Of a stretch of 64,000 nucleotides of DNA, positions 10,928 to 22,921 are shown in pieces. The DNA comes from Rhynchopus sp. YZ270_cl-10 (lineage: Eukaryota): NCBI GenBank assembly GCA_964035575.1, contig OZ037841.1, positions 248,001 through 312,000 on the forward strand. Reading direction: 5' to 3'. How positions within the stretch are numbered: position 1 is the stretch's first letter; the number at the start of each line of letters is the position of its first letter. The notes beneath the pieces were generated by a model. That model saw nothing but the letters and a program-made list of their open reading frames with translations, had not been told where the DNA came from and ran no database searches. The translations under genes and the position numbers were made by a program.

Positions 10928-13900
10928 CTAGACACCCTCCGCTTTGTTCTCAGCGGCAATAGGTTCCGTCTCTAAAGCAGGAGTCGCCTTGTTGTCCTTC
11001 TTGCACACCACAAACAATCCAAGCAAGACAATAAGCAGCAAAGCAACACCACCCACGCAGATCCCCACAATAGCACCAACAGGGAAGTCGTCGTCCGTCT
11101 GCGGTGTCGGCGTCAGCAGGGTGCACACCCTCCCCAGCAGGACGTGCCCGGCAGCGCAGTTCAGCGGCACACACACACCGCCAAGAATCACCACAACCTC
11201 CGCACCCGTCACATCCCTGCACTGCAGTGCGTCCATCGACGCAAGCCCAGCCGACTGCACTGTCCCCACCACGTCGTTCGCAGCAGACATCCCCGCCGTC
11301 AGCTCCTCCACCATGTCCAGTGCCGCCACATCCAGCAGCGGCACGTTGTCCATGTGCACAAACACGTTCAGCGACCCACACTCAGTCTCAGTCTCCGACA
11401 CCGTCCCCTGCACAACGCTCTTCACCACCGACGCCAGGCGCCTCCCCTTCCCAGCCCCGTCGTCACAGTCCACGTCCAGTGTCGCACGCACCACATCCGA
11501 CACACGTGTTGCGCTGTCCACGCAGATGTGTGAAACATCCCCGTTCCGCTTGTTCCGTGGCTTGTCGAAACCAGTTCCGCATGTGCACTGGTTCTTGTCT
11601 GTGTCGCATGTGGCTCCCATGTCACCGTACTTCGTACATTCCTCATCAGACACACACCACTTCACTAACGAGGAACGCGGTGAGTCTGTTGCGGGTGCTG
11701 GTGTCACAGGTGCTGCTGTCGGAGGTGCGGGTGTCACAGGTGCTGATGTCACAGGGGCTGCTGTCGGAGGTGACAGTGTGGGAGGTGCATCAGTAGACGG
11801 TGCAAGTGTTGCTGGTGCTCCTGTTCCACTCATGCAGATGTAGTCAAAGTCAAGAGACCCGTTGCCAGTCACGTACCAACCAGAACGGAACTGCACAAGC
11901 ACCGATCCTGCAAAGGTGTAGCTGGTGTCGTTCTTCTCACCAGACTCGTGGAAAGGGAAGCCAGTGATCTCGTCTCCCTCCATTTCGTACACATTCACGT
12001 AGTCTGTGCCAGCAGTTGTGTCGAACGTGTTGAACCTGATCCCAACCCTGCCACCTTCACATGCAATCGACCAACACTCGGTTGACGATGTCTGTGTGCT
12101 CAAGGTGCCACTCCCGTCTGGCAGTGACGTCGTGGTCGGGCAGGATGGTGTGAAGTTGAAGGCAGCAGGGTTGCTCATCGAGATCTGAGGTGCTGCCATG
12201 TTGCATCCCCACGAGTACTGGAAGCCTCCACACCCACCACGGTAGCAGTTTCTGCCCTGAGCAAGGAAGGACACGTTCCCGTCAGCTGTGAACCTTGTGG
12301 TTCCGAAGTGTGGGCCGTACGCAGTTGTGTAAAACACCTGTTCATCCTCGTTGTTCACAGAGAAGTTTCCAACGTAGAACAGCTGGTAGTTCATCTCAAG
12401 TGTTCCGTCGCAGAAAATGGTGTTCACCAGTGGTGTGTAGAAGTAGTCGTAGCCCAGGTTAGGTGTCACTGTGGCACTGTCAGGAGCTGAGTTGCTAGCA
12501 TCATGAGTGGTGTGAGCAGCATCAATCTCAGGTGCATCCATCCCACAACCCCAAGAGAACTCCACAGAGCTGCTGCAGTCGCCACCCACACACGAATCCA
12601 CGGCTGCTGTCAGCTTCACATCCCAGTATGCGTTGAACGTCACAGAGTTGTAATGTGCGTCTGTCCTCAATGTAGTTGTTGTCCCGTTCTCAACCACAAA
12701 CTTCCCATCAAAGCTGGGGTTGTACGTGATCTGAAGTCTGCCAACACAGCTCAGGGTCCAGCACGTCTCTGAACCTGGAGAAAGCAAAGTGTCCAGAGAC
12801 CCAGACAGCGCACTCAGGGTCGTGCATGGTCCAGCAGATGACGGTGTTGGTGTGATGGGAACAACCGGGGGTACTGGGGTAGGTTCTACACCACCGACGC
12901 AGACGTAGTCAAACTCCAGTGTCTTCCCCATGGCTGTGTACCAGCTAAAAACGTAGAACTGCAAGATGACAGTCCCCGAAAAGCTGTGAGTGACATCCTG
13001 CACCTCACCTGACTCGTGAAACGCAAACTCAGCCACCTTACCATCAACCATCTCGTACACATTCATGTAGTTCTTGTCCAAACGTGTATTGAAGTATGTG
13101 AACGTGATGTCAACTCTGCCTTGGTTGCACGCAATCTCCCAACACTCAGTTCCCGTCGTATTTGTGCTGACACTGCCTGCAAGACCCAGTGTGTTGTGTG
13201 TTCCGCACGACGGTTCGAACGTGTAAGGACGCAGGTTGCCGTTGCCCAATGCTGGTGCGGCCTCATTGCACCCCCACGAGTATCTGAAGTATCCACAGGT
13301 ACCACCTCGGATGCACAGTGTAGTACCTCTTGCAAAGAAGGTCACGTTCCCGTCTGCCTCGAACCTCGTCGTGCCGGCGTGTGGACCGAACATGTTTACA
13401 CGAGCAATCTCCGTGTCGTTGGTGGTGACCCAGAAACTGCCATATTTAAGGAAGGTGTAGCTGAGCTCAACAGTGCCGTGGCAAGTCATGGTGTTGTTGT
13501 ATGGTGGGTCGTAGAAGTTATAGAAATACGGCGACAGTGTTGCATTTGTGGCAACTTCACCTGAACGGGGAACGATCTCGGGCACATCAATCTCAGGTGC
13601 ATCCATCCCACAACCCCAAGAGAACTCCACAGAGCTGTTGCAGTCGCCACTCACACACGCATCCACAGTTGCTGTCAGCACGACATCCCAGTGTGCACCG
13701 AAAGCAGAGCGAGTGTACTGTGCTTTCGAACGGACGGCTGTGTAGGTACCGTTTTGCACCACAACCTCACCCTCGTAGTTGGGGTTGAATACAATCTCAA
13801 ACACTCCAACACACTGCACAGTCCAGCATGTCACTGCACCTGTTGGGAGCGACGTGTCCACAGTCCCAGACAGCGCACTCAGGTTCGTGCATGGTCCATC

Positions 13901-15013
13901 ATATGCCGGTGTTGATGTGATGGGCGCAGGCGGAGGTGCGAGTGTGGGGGGCGTCGAGGTGGGTTCGACACCACCGACGCAGACGTAGTCAAACTCCAGT
14001 GTCTTCCCCATGGCTGTGTACCAGCTGAAAACGTAGAACTGCAAGATGACAGTCCCCGAAAAGCTGTGAGTGACATCCTGCACCTCACCTGACTCGTGAA
14101 ACGCAAACTCAGCCACCTTACCATCAACCATCTCGTACACATTCATGTAGTTCTTGTCCAAACGTGTATTGAAGTATGTGAACGTGATGTCAACTCTGCC
14201 TTGGTTGCACGCAATCTCCCAACACTCAGTCCCTGTCGTATTTGTGCTGACACTGCCTGCAAGACCCAGTGTGTTGTGTGTTCCGCACGCCGGTTCGAAC
14301 GTGTAAGGACGCAGGTTGCCGTTGCCCAACGCTGGTGCGGCCTCATTGCACCCCCACGAGTATCTGAAGTATCCACAGGTACCACCCCGGATGCACAGCG
14401 TCGTACCTATGGCAAAGAAGGTCACGTTCCCGTCTGCCTCGAACCTCGTCGTGCCGGCGTGTGGACCGAACATGTTTACACGAGCAATCTCCGTGTCGTT
14501 GGTGGTGACCCAGAAACTGCCATATTTAAGGAAGGTGTAGCTGAGCTCAACAGTGCCGTGGCAAGTCATGGTGTTGTTGTATGGTGGGTCGTAGAAGTTA
14601 TAGAAATACGGCGACAGTGTTGCATTTGTGGCAACTTCACCTGAACGGGGAACGATCTCGGGCACATCAATCTCAGGTGCATCCATCCCACAACCCCAAG
14701 AGAACTCCACAGAGCTGTTGCAGTCGCCACTCACACACGCATCCACAGTTGCTGTCAGCACGACATCCCAGTGTGCACCGAAAGCAGAGCGAGTGTACTG
14801 TGCTTTCGAGCGGACGGCTGTGTAGGTACCGTTTTGCACCACAACCTCACCCTCGTAGTTGGGGTTGAACACAATCTCAAACACTCCAACACACTGCACA
14901 GTCCAGCATGTCACTGCACCTGTTGGAAGCGACGTGTTCACAGTCCCAGACAGCGCACTCAGGTTCGTGCATGGTCCATCATATGCCGGTGTTGGTGACA
15001 AAGTATTGATTCC
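10928..15013 (-). CDS. CUB-like-module type I membrane protein, paralog 3 (3 modules + EGF-like + SEA-like + TM); 5' end unresolved or truncated
   Basis: 1487-aa ORF. Family homology ends at ~14996, just after a polypyrimidine-CAG acceptor (~15014). The upstream ORF extension is unrelated and has no signal peptide. Confidence 0.8.
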   Translation of the reverse strand, partial: GINTLSPTPAYDGPCTNLSALSGTVNTSLPTGAVTCWTVQCVGVFEIVFNPNYEGEVVVQNGTYTAVRSKAQYTRSAFGAHWDVVLTATVDACVSGDCNSSVEFSWGCGMDAPEIDVPEIVPRSGEVATNATLSPYFYNFYDPPYNNTMTCHGTVELSYTFLKYGSFWVTTNDTEIARVNMFGPHAGTTRFEADGNVTFFAIGTTLCIRGGTCGYFRYSWGCNEAAPALGNGNLRPYTFEPACGTHNTLGLAGSVSTNTTGTECWEIACNQGRVDITFTYFNTRLDKNYMNVYEMVDGKVAEFAFHESGEVQDVTHSFSGTVILQFYVFSWYTAMGKTLEFDYVCVGGVEPTSTPPTLAPPPAPITSTPAYDGPCTNLSALSGTVDTSLPTGAVTCWTVQCVGVFEIVFNPNYEGEVVVQNGTYTAVRSKAQYTRSAFGAHWDVVLTATVDACVSGDCNSSVEFSWGCGMDAPEIDVPEIVPRSGEVATNATLSPYFYNFYDPPYNNTMTCHGTVELSYTFLKYGSFWVTTNDTEIARVNMFGPHAGTTRFEADGNVTFFARGTTLCIRGGTCGYFRYSWGCNEAAPALGNGNLRPYTFEPSCGTHNTLGLAGSVSTNTTGTECWEIACNQGRVDITFTYFNTRLDKNYMNVYEMVDGKVAEFAFHESGEVQDVTHSFSGTVILQFYVFSWYTAMGKTLEFDYVCVGGVEPTPVPPVVPITPTPSSAGPCTTLSALSGSLDTLLSPGSETCWTLSCVGRLQITYNPSFDGKFVVENGTTTTLRTDAHYNSVTFNAYWDVKLTAAVDSCVGGDCSSSVEFSWGCGMDAPEIDAAHTTHDASNSAPDSATVTPNLGYDYFYTPLVNTIFCDGTLEMNYQLFYVGNFSVNNEDEQVFYTTAYGPHFGTTRFTADGNVSFLAQGRNCYRGGCGGFQYSWGCNMAAPQISMSNPAAFNFTPSCPTTTSLPDGSGTLSTQTSSTECWSIACEGGRVGIRFNTFDTTAGTDYVNVYEMEGDEITGFPFHESGEKNDTSYTFAGSVLVQFRSGWYVTGNGSLDFDYICMSGTGAPATLAPSTDAPPTLSPPTAAPVTSAPVTPAPPTAAPVTPAPATDSPRSSLVKWCVSDEECTKYGDMGATCDTDKNQCTCGTGFDKPRNKRNGDVSHICVDSATRVSDVVRATLDVDCDDGAGKGRRLASVVKSVVQGTVSETETECGSLNVFVHMDNVPLLDVAALDMVEELTAGMSAANDVVGTVQSAGLASMDALQCRDVTGAEVVVILGGVCVPLNCAAGHVLLGRVCTLLTPTPQTDDDFPVGAIVGICVGGVALLLIVLLGLFVVCKKDNKATPALETEPIAAENKAEGV

Positions 15014-15226
15014 CTGAGAAAAGGAGAACTGTTTCTTCCAGGGTTTGAACCTGAGACCGCACTGGTCATCCAAACATTTTATACATCTTGTAGTACGTAG
15101 ATTTTCCAAATTCGTGTATCTGGTAATCAACACTTGGTAAGGTGATTTGGCTGAGTGGTCACCGCGGTGGATATTTGGGAGTATTTCGTGCGCTGTGTGG
15201 TTCAAACCCCACAGACAAAATACACA

Positions 15227-15420
15227 ATGTCCTCTACCAGTCCCATTGACGTGGACCGAGAGGAGGTGATCGACCTCGACGAGGTGATTGACGTGGATGC
15301 GGTGGATGCGCCAGCGGAGGGAGTGCGCTGGTGAGTGCTCTGCACACCTGGTCGCTGGGTCGATCCCCAGCACATCAGAGACCACTGGCACATGGTACAG
15401 CCGGCCCAGGTGCGCAAGGG
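15227..15420 (+). pseudogene. Antisense gene-start fragment with SIM-like motifs
   Basis: ATG 15227 gives MSSTSPIDVDREEVIDLDEVIDVDAVDAPAEGVR. It is preceded by CCCCACAG and followed by GTGAGT (donor or stop). Confidence 0.4.
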
Positions 15421-17017
15421 GACTACTGGTTGGTGAGGAACATTTAAAGTGCGGTGTAGGTTGAAGGACGAGTGTAGCAGTTCATTACATCATGTGCCAC
15501 TTCATGAGTTATAAAGAGCCCTTGAGGAAGAACACCAATGCACGTACGGAAATGGAAAGTTCAAATGCCTCTTTTTTGTGTGGGCAAGACGGAACCAGCA
15601 AAAGAACAGAGCATGTGGACGGAACATGAATACATAGCATAATTGAAAGGGGCAACAAGAGGTGGGGTAAATGCATAAAATGTTTTCCCCCACGACGGTG
15701 TATTTTAACACAGAACAGTGAACATACACGTCAGTAATGGGGCATGAACATACAGGAATCTCGAATTCGAAAAGAAACCCCTGACAAAAACATAGCACAC
15801 ACCACACCGTCCTGAAAAGAGAGCAAATAGAAGGAGTACGCTTTGCAGAAGATGTCAGAATCTTTTTCTATTTTAAGATTACATACAATGCTGAAAGGCA
15901 AATGAACACCGTACCCCAACTCCCTTCCTTCTATTCTGGGGCGGGTTGGAACAGAGCCACACTCCGACAGGTCGAGGTGTGCGCGCTTCACAACCTCTCC
16001 CTTTTGTCTGTATTGTCTTTATTGGTTTATTGCGGGGGGGGTGGGGAAACACAAGGAAAAATGGAAAAGCGATTTCAATTTTGTTTTGGGGGGGGGGGGG
16101 GTTTGTTTGCATCTGTACAAAAGGCCTTTTGTACAAATATGATCATCATGGGGTGGGTTCTGCTAAGAGAGTTCTTTTGTTCACTAATAGGCATTGAGAA
16201 AACACGGTACGGTGTTGCGTTCATTGAACGAAAAGAAAACTGGACACAGTTACTGTACCCATATTGCCCATATCCTGTTTTTTGGGGTGCCCATATTAGC
16301 AGCTGCCCATATGGGCGTTCCATCTATGACAGTACGTACGCTAGGTATGCAAATAAAAAAGTTGTTTGTAATATGCCAATAGCTCCGCTTCGCATATTTT
16401 TAGGGCATTAATTGTAAGTTTTCAGACTTCTGTTTTAAATTGCTGTCATTAAGTAGGGTAATGAGTTAGAACACTCCTGGTACGGATTGGAAGAGACCTT
16501 ACCGGAAGCCGGGAACCCTCCCTGGCTAGGGCAATGATGAAACTTCAATCTTAAGTCCACACCCACTTGGCGTCCGCTTTGGCATGCGTCTGTAAGGACA
16601 GCCTTGACTGATACTTTCTGTATTAGCACACAGTTCACGGTACTCAGCTACCTGAGTACAAAGAATATATGCTTGACCTGAAATACAACAGCCCGCTCGT
16701 GACCGTGTACCTTGGCACATGACCTGTGCATTGGGTGGACCTCTCCATTTCGTGGTTTGCATCTGATAAAAAATACACGAAAGAAACATGGGGGAAACGA
16801 GAAAGAATAATAAATGCAAAGTTGTGAGGCAAACCGTACTACATAGGAGAACCGGGAAGCGACGATAAGAAACCAAAGACCGAGGTCTTTTTTATTTTTG
16901 AAAACAGCCTTTCCCAACGTCGCACCTGATTCTGAAAATAGGTGCATTTTTTCGAAATTTTTTGTTGGGATTTCGCGGACACAAACTGAATTTTCCCACA
17001 CTCAGCAAAATTAGTTA

Positions 17018-17466
17018 CAGTTGGACAAGAAACTTGGCGACCAAAAAAATTGGCGACCAAATAACTTGGCGACCAAATAATATTGGCGGATTTTGGGGGT
17101 TTTCTTGTAATTGGCGACTTTTTTGGTCGCCAATATTACTTGGTAGGACAGTGGTTCTTAGTAACATTGGTTGGGAAGTAGCTTTTTTCGCAATTTTTGG
17201 TAAAGTTTTTGTGCCTCCCTTCGACTCACCATGTGTATTCTTGGGTGGCGTGCGTGAGTGCGTGGCGCGGAGCTAATGTTCGACTTTCTTGAAAGATACG
17301 CTGCACCTGGTGCACTGAAGGGGCACCTTTTTTGTACTTGTGACTATTGTATCAATAAGAACCGCTTTCCCACCAAATAACTTGGCGACCAAAAAATATT
17401 GGCGGATTTTGGAGGTTTTCTTGCAATTGGCGACTTTTTTGGTCGCCAATATTACTTGTCCAACTG
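17018..17466. mobile_element. TA-flanked CAGT-start MITE with internal partial duplication
   Basis: TA|CAGTTGGACAAG..TTGGCGACC ... GGTCGCCAATATTACTTGTCCAACTG|TA. A ~90-bp segment is repeated (~17050-17141 and ~17372-17458). Same family as 61854-61966. Confidence 0.8.
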
Positions 17467-18791
17467 TACGTTGCATTTCTTGGCTAAAACAGGCAAAAAA
17501 ATTTTGATGCGCGATTTCATACCCAAAAATCGCACACCGGGAACGGCTGTTCGCAATACCAGTGGGTAGCATAGTTACCTCACGTTGACACATCGTGAGA
17601 TCATCCACCTTCAACTGGTTTATTTTTTCTTTTTTGTAGCTTTTTTTTCCCTCCCTCCCGTTACATAGTCGACTTCGACAGTTCATGTAAAATGGAATGA
17701 AAAAAGAATGGACAGACAACCGTTTTGGAAATATTGTTATTTTTTTTTTTTAACTTTTTAGATAAATAGTTGAATTCGTGTTGCCACCTGTAGGAGACTC
17801 TTTGCGCTTTGCTTGTTGCTCAAAAGACTCTAAAACGGGGAGAGGAAAAATAAGGTTGTTTGTTGTTCGCTTCCACAAAACAAAAGAAGTCGAAAGATGA
17901 GTGTGCCTTGAATGTGCACATATTAAAAACAAAAGAACTCATATTCTATTCGCAACGAAAATCTTGAATTCCACAACCAAAGGCGCTGATGATGCACCAT
18001 ACTGCCGGTGCAGGACAAGCCTACCTTGGGAGGACTACGTCACCACGGGAACCCTGGAGGACTTGTATCAGGGAGGTCCACCAGGTCACAAACGTTGTGA
18101 ATTGCACAAGAAATCATTGCAGAAATAAAAAGTCTGGAATAGGCATAGGTCCTTATGCATATCGTTACCTTCACAGTGCCACGCATGAAGTGACACACAA
18201 GTGCCGAGCAAAGCTATTGTCCCCACAGAGCAAAAGGTTTCCGTATCATTTGTGGTATGTTGTGCTTGTTTTGAAAAGTTAAAAACAACCACCATACGCT
18301 TGTCAGGCAACTCAGATCACACCAAAAAAAAATGGGGGCGCACACACCACATTGAGACGTTAACGAAAAGATAAGAAGAACAAACACGCCACACTCAACA
18401 TTCACAATTTGTTGTAAAATAACAACAGCGGAGATAGGTGATGCAGACACTTGCGTGGCTGCCGGTTTCAGGTTTTCAAAAAAAAAAAATCTTCTTGGGG
18501 GGTACGTTACTTTACTTGCACTTTATAACTCGGATAGTGGCAGCCGACAGCCACGATTAAATCGCAGCTTCAAACTGAATCAAAAAGAAAACGTAAAGCC
18601 ACGGAGGCACTTCAGAACATACTGTCACGTGAGGAAGACTGACCAAGAAGGGAAGGGAAAGGGTTCTAAAACAAAACTGAATTATTCATCAACATAACGC
18701 CCCACAACTCCAGCACCAGTCAAACTCATTCAAGCATTGCGAAACTGGTGAATGAAGCCCTTCACAGTCGTGAGAAAAACTACCACCCTCT

Positions 18792-20840
18792 TCACTGCAC
18801 TTGCAGATCTTCACGCAATGCTGCACCAGGCTCCTTCCTCTGTGTGATGGGTGTGTGGGCGCGTAACAGTGTCCTATCCATGCTGCATACCTTAATCAAT
18901 CTACGCACAACCACAGCAATGATAACCAGCAAAACAACAACACCCACGCAGATCCCCACAATAGCGCCAACAGGAAGGCCATCGTCACCCCCAGGGGTCA
19001 GAGTGGGAACCGGTGTCCCCGTTCCACTCATACAGATGTAGTCAAAGTCAAGAGAGCTGTTCCCTGTGGAATACCAACCAGTACTGAACTGCACAAGCAC
19101 CGATCCTGCAAAGGTGTAGCTGGTGTCGTTCTTCTCACCAGACTCGTGGAAAGGGAAGCCAGTGATCTCGTCTCCCTCCATTTCGTACACATTCACGTAG
19201 TCTGTGCCAGCAGTTGTGTCAAAATCGTTGAACCTGATCCCAGCCCTGCCACCTTCACATGCAATCTCCCAACACTCCGTCCCATCTGTTCCGTTCAAAC
19301 TCACAGTACCGGAAGTGTCGAGACTGGTGTTGCGTGGACACGATGGTGCGAAGTAGTAGGGAGCAGGGTTGGGGTCTGACAGCTTCGGTGCTGCCATGTT
19401 GCATCCCCACGAGTACTGTGTGCCCCAACACCCACCACGGTAGCAGATTCTGCCCTGCAGAAGGAAGGACACGTTCCCGTCTGCTTTGAACTGCGTTGTG
19501 CCGAAGTGCGGGCCGTACGCATTTGAGTAGAACACTTGTGTGTCCCACTTGTTCACCCAGAAGTCTCCAGGGAAGAACAACTGGTAGTTCAGCTCAAGCC
19601 TACCTTTGCAGGAAATGGTGTTCACCAGTGGTGTGTCATAGTGGTCGTAGCCAATGTCGGGGTAAAGCTGTCCACTGAAGCGTTTGCGGTCAACGTCATC
19701 AGCATCATCAGTGGTGTCAGCAGCAGCAATCGCAGGAGCATCCACAGCACAACCCCACGAGAACTCAACACGGTTCCCACAGTCGCTGTTCCCACAACCG
19801 TTCACAGCTGCTGTCAGCTTCACATCCCAGTATGCGTTGAACGTCACAGAGTTGTAATGTGCGTCTGTCCTCAATGTAGTTGTTGTCCCGTTCTCAACCA
19901 CAAACTGGCCATCAAACTTGGGGTTGTACGTGATCTGAAGTCTGCCAACACAGCTCAGGGTCCAGCACGTCTCTGCACCTGATGGCAGTGACGTGCCCAC
20001 AGTCCCAGACAGCGCACTCAGGGTCGTGCATGGTCCAGCAGATGTCGGTGTTGGTGTGATGGGTGTGATCGGAGGTGACGGTGTGGACGGTGTTGGCGAG
20101 GGTGTCTGTGGCGGGGCCGGTGGCGGCGCATGTGTGGGAACGTACTTCGGGTTCTCGGTGGCAGTGATAGCAGGAGCTGCCATGTTGCATCCCCACGTGT
20201 ACTGGAAGCCTCCACACCCACCACGGTAGCAGAACCTCCCGTACGCAACAAAGGACACGTTGCCTGTAGCACTGAACTGTGTGGTGCCGTAGTGCGGGCC
20301 GTACGCGTCCGTCGCAAACACGTCCTTCCCTCCCGTTTCAGCAGAGAAGTTGCCGACGTAGAACATCTGATACTTCATCTCCACTGTCCCGTGGCACGTG
20401 ATTGTGTTCACCAGAGGTGTGTAGAGGTGGTTATAGCCCAGGTTTGGGTTCACAAGGTCAGATGAGGTGGGCGAGCCGCTCACGTCAGGTGTGGCCATGT
20501 GTGGTGCGTCCGTCAGACAGCCCCACGCAAACTGCAGCGAGTGGCAGCCGCTTCCTGCACAGTCGTCCGTCACCTCGGCAGTGAGCCGCACTGTTTCAAA
20601 GGCGTGGAAGCGCACCCTGCCAAACGCAGGCTCGCTCCGCAGCACTTCCTTCGACGCGTTCGTGAGCACCACGTTCCCGGTGAAGGTCCCGTTGTACACA
20701 ATCTCCATGCGCCCTGTGCAGGTCAGCTCCCAGCACGCCTCACCCACAGCTTGCGGCACTTGCACATCCAACATCCCAGTCTGGTCCAGCAGCTGCGAGC
20801 ATGCCTGCAGCGCAAGCACAGGCACCAAGAGGGGAAGCAT
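18792..20840 (-). CDS. CUB-like-module type I membrane protein, paralog 4
   Basis: 685-aa ORF; ATG at 20840 ([14 protein letters not shown]). Ectodomain nearly identical to the 5' part of paralog 7. Probable 51-nt in-frame intron (GTATGC..ACACAG) in the tail. Confidence 0.9.
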   Translation of the reverse strand: MLPLLVPVLALQACSQLLDQTGMLDVQVPQAVGEACWELTCTGRMEIVYNGTFTGNVVLTNASKEVLRSEPAFGRVRFHAFETVRLTAEVTDDCAGSGCHSLQFAWGCLTDAPHMATPDVSGSPTSSDLVNPNLGYNHLYTPLVNTITCHGTVEMKYQMFYVGNFSAETGGKDVFATDAYGPHYGTTQFSATGNVSFVAYGRFCYRGGCGGFQYTWGCNMAAPAITATENPKYVPTHAPPPAPPQTPSPTPSTPSPPITPITPTPTSAGPCTTLSALSGTVGTSLPSGAETCWTLSCVGRLQITYNPKFDGQFVVENGTTTTLRTDAHYNSVTFNAYWDVKLTAAVNGCGNSDCGNRVEFSWGCAVDAPAIAAADTTDDADDVDRKRFSGQLYPDIGYDHYDTPLVNTISCKGRLELNYQLFFPGDFWVNKWDTQVFYSNAYGPHFGTTQFKADGNVSFLLQGRICYRGGCWGTQYSWGCNMAAPKLSDPNPAPYYFAPSCPRNTSLDTSGTVSLNGTDGTECWEIACEGGRAGIRFNDFDTTAGTDYVNVYEMEGDEITGFPFHESGEKNDTSYTFAGSVLVQFSTGWYSTGNSSLDFDYICMSGTGTPVPTLTPGGDDGLPVGAIVGICVGVVVLLVIIAVVVRRLIKVCSMDRTLLRAHTPITQRKEPGAALREDLQVQ

Positions 20841-21207
20841 ATGTAACAAGAGTGTCTCTGGTGTTGGGTGTGGTGTGCACTACAGGCGGACGAACAGGGC
20901 TGGGGTGGAAGAATGATTTCAGTATTGGTAATTGTCCTTTTTTCATATTCTCTTTTTTTCTCGGTTTAGTCAGATGCACTGTGAAGACATGCTCTCACCA
21001 GATTTAAGCTTTGTATCTCACGTGTGTGGTGAACACCCGCAAGACGCGCTTTGCAATCTGGGTGGAACACTATTTGTTAGCATATTTAATTCAAGTACAT
21101 ATGTTGCACCAGGAAAGAGACGTGGCGCTCAAGTCTCACTATTGAGCAGGGTGCCCATACTAGCAATGCAAGTGTCACAAACACAAAACAACAAAACAAA
21201 TAATATA

Positions 21208-22556
21208 CATAGCGCTCCAATTAGAGTGTTAGGGTATAATTAGAGTCTGGGATTTTGGGTCAAGTCAGTTAGAGTCCAGTTAGAGTATAATTAGAGTCGC
21301 TTTTCTTCAATTAGACTATAATTAGAGCGCAGTTAGAGCATAATTAGACTCTAACTACACTCTAATTATAGTCTAATTAGAGTAAAACAACAGGCTTCTT
21401 GTAGGTGCAAACGCCTTAAGGAACTGGTTCCCCTAAGGTTCCTCTGTAGGACCCAGGTGTCCAGGTGCCCACATAGCTGAGAATAAGACTTGGGGACCCG
21501 GGACCCGGTTATTCTCAGCCGGACTGGGACACAACTATGTGAAGGCGCTGTGGGTCCGCCTGAAAGCGGGTCGGGGACCCGGTCGCGGGAGGGTGGGGGC
21601 CTAGTCCAAGTCCTACTGTACCTAGTACCCGGGACTCGGGACCCGGCTTATTCTCAGCTATGGGTACCCGGACCCGCAGTGGCACATGCCCTCAAGTGTG
21701 AGTGACCCACACATGAGGGAATGCGACACCGCAAAAACTCTTCGTGCACCTTCGGGTGCAATGCCGCAGACAGGCCAAACAGCGTTGGACTCAGAGGAAT
21801 TCCTGCTGTGCAGGTAACAAACATGAGAACCAACTCCCAGTAACAAGGGGCGCCTTTTGGCGGGCGTTATTGAGGATGTTTGGGGTGCAAAGTTTTCCAC
21901 AATTTTGATGCGCGGGTACAGAAGTGTTGTCTTGTTCTTTCATCTCTAGGAATGTAAATGTCAATCGAGTTTAACTACCACTAAGGGGTCGAAGGGGATA
22001 ATCCCAGTATCAAAGGTTGTGTCGACGGGAAATCTATGAGTATACGTTCATTTCATCCGCAGAAATAACTACTTATGAACCCAGGAGAGATCCAAGCCTC
22101 GCGCTAAACCACCACCCGCGATTGACTTAGATGTTATAACAAAGAGAATTCATAACAAACAACACCCTACCCCATGCACACTAAAGTGCCATGCTTCAAG
22201 TGATCATGCCCTGGGCCAAAATTCCTGTGCTAAAAAGGCAACAAGACCAGTGTGAATTGTGCACTGGTTTTCTGGGGGAACAAACAATATTTTCTTGTAT
22301 ATATCTAGTCCTCTGCAAGCAGAAAACAGACGTTCTGGATTACAAAATCGAATTTCTTGCACTGGCTATGCTCCCTGGGTTTATGGCTATAGCATTGGTT
22401 GATGTGCCCCTCTTATTGACCCTATTATAAGACTCTAATTAGAGTCTAATTAGAGTCCAGTTAGAGTATTAGAGTTCAGTTAGAGTTTTAAAGACTCTAA
22501 TTATACTCTAACTGCCGACTCTAATTATCTAGTTGGAGTCTAATTAGAGCGCTATG
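21208..22556. mobile_element. 1.35-kb non-autonomous TIR transposon, copy 1 (TA/TATA flanks)
   Basis: TATA|CATAGCGCTCCAATTAGAGT ... AGTCTAATTAGAGCGCTATG|TATA. Many subterminal TAATTAGAGT/ACTCTAATTA motifs. Internal IR CATAGCTGAGAATAAG at 21472/21662. Colinear with 41041-43796. Confidence 0.9.
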
Positions 22557-22921
22557 TATAAAATAAACAAAAAAATGATGATCCGAAAAAGGCCCATATT
22601 GACATGTCCTCGACAGCGGGGGGTGTCATTTTATAATTTGCTGGTGGTTTTTTGGTTAGTGGCATAGTACCATAGTACCATGGTGGGCGATGGTGAACAA
22701 GATCCCAGATCCAGTACTATACCCAAAAAAAGGGGGAATTTTTGCGTTACTGTTTGCAAAAGATTAAGGATAAACAGATTTATTTAACCTTTTGAGTATC
22801 TGCCCGCGCTCATCAGAAGGAGCCAGCGCCATTGTAGGGTAGGTTGCGAAAACAAAAGGGGGCTGGGGTTGGGTACAAACCCAATGTCACAACAATGGTG
22901 GGGTAAGAATCCTACAAGTGC

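Noticed and set aside
15014..15391. N-terminal ~125 aa of the 1487-aa ORF as the real start
   Set aside because: Not homologous to the family, no signal peptide, and it reads better as coding on the opposite strand.
16534..16611. ATGATGA..CTGA as a box C/D snoRNA
   Set aside because: Opposite to the gene strand, no terminal stem and no recognisable rRNA guide.
21208..21400. TAATTAGAGT repeats as a CRISPR-like array
   Set aside because: Short, irregular, in both orientations and confined to transposon ends; no unique spacers or cas genes.
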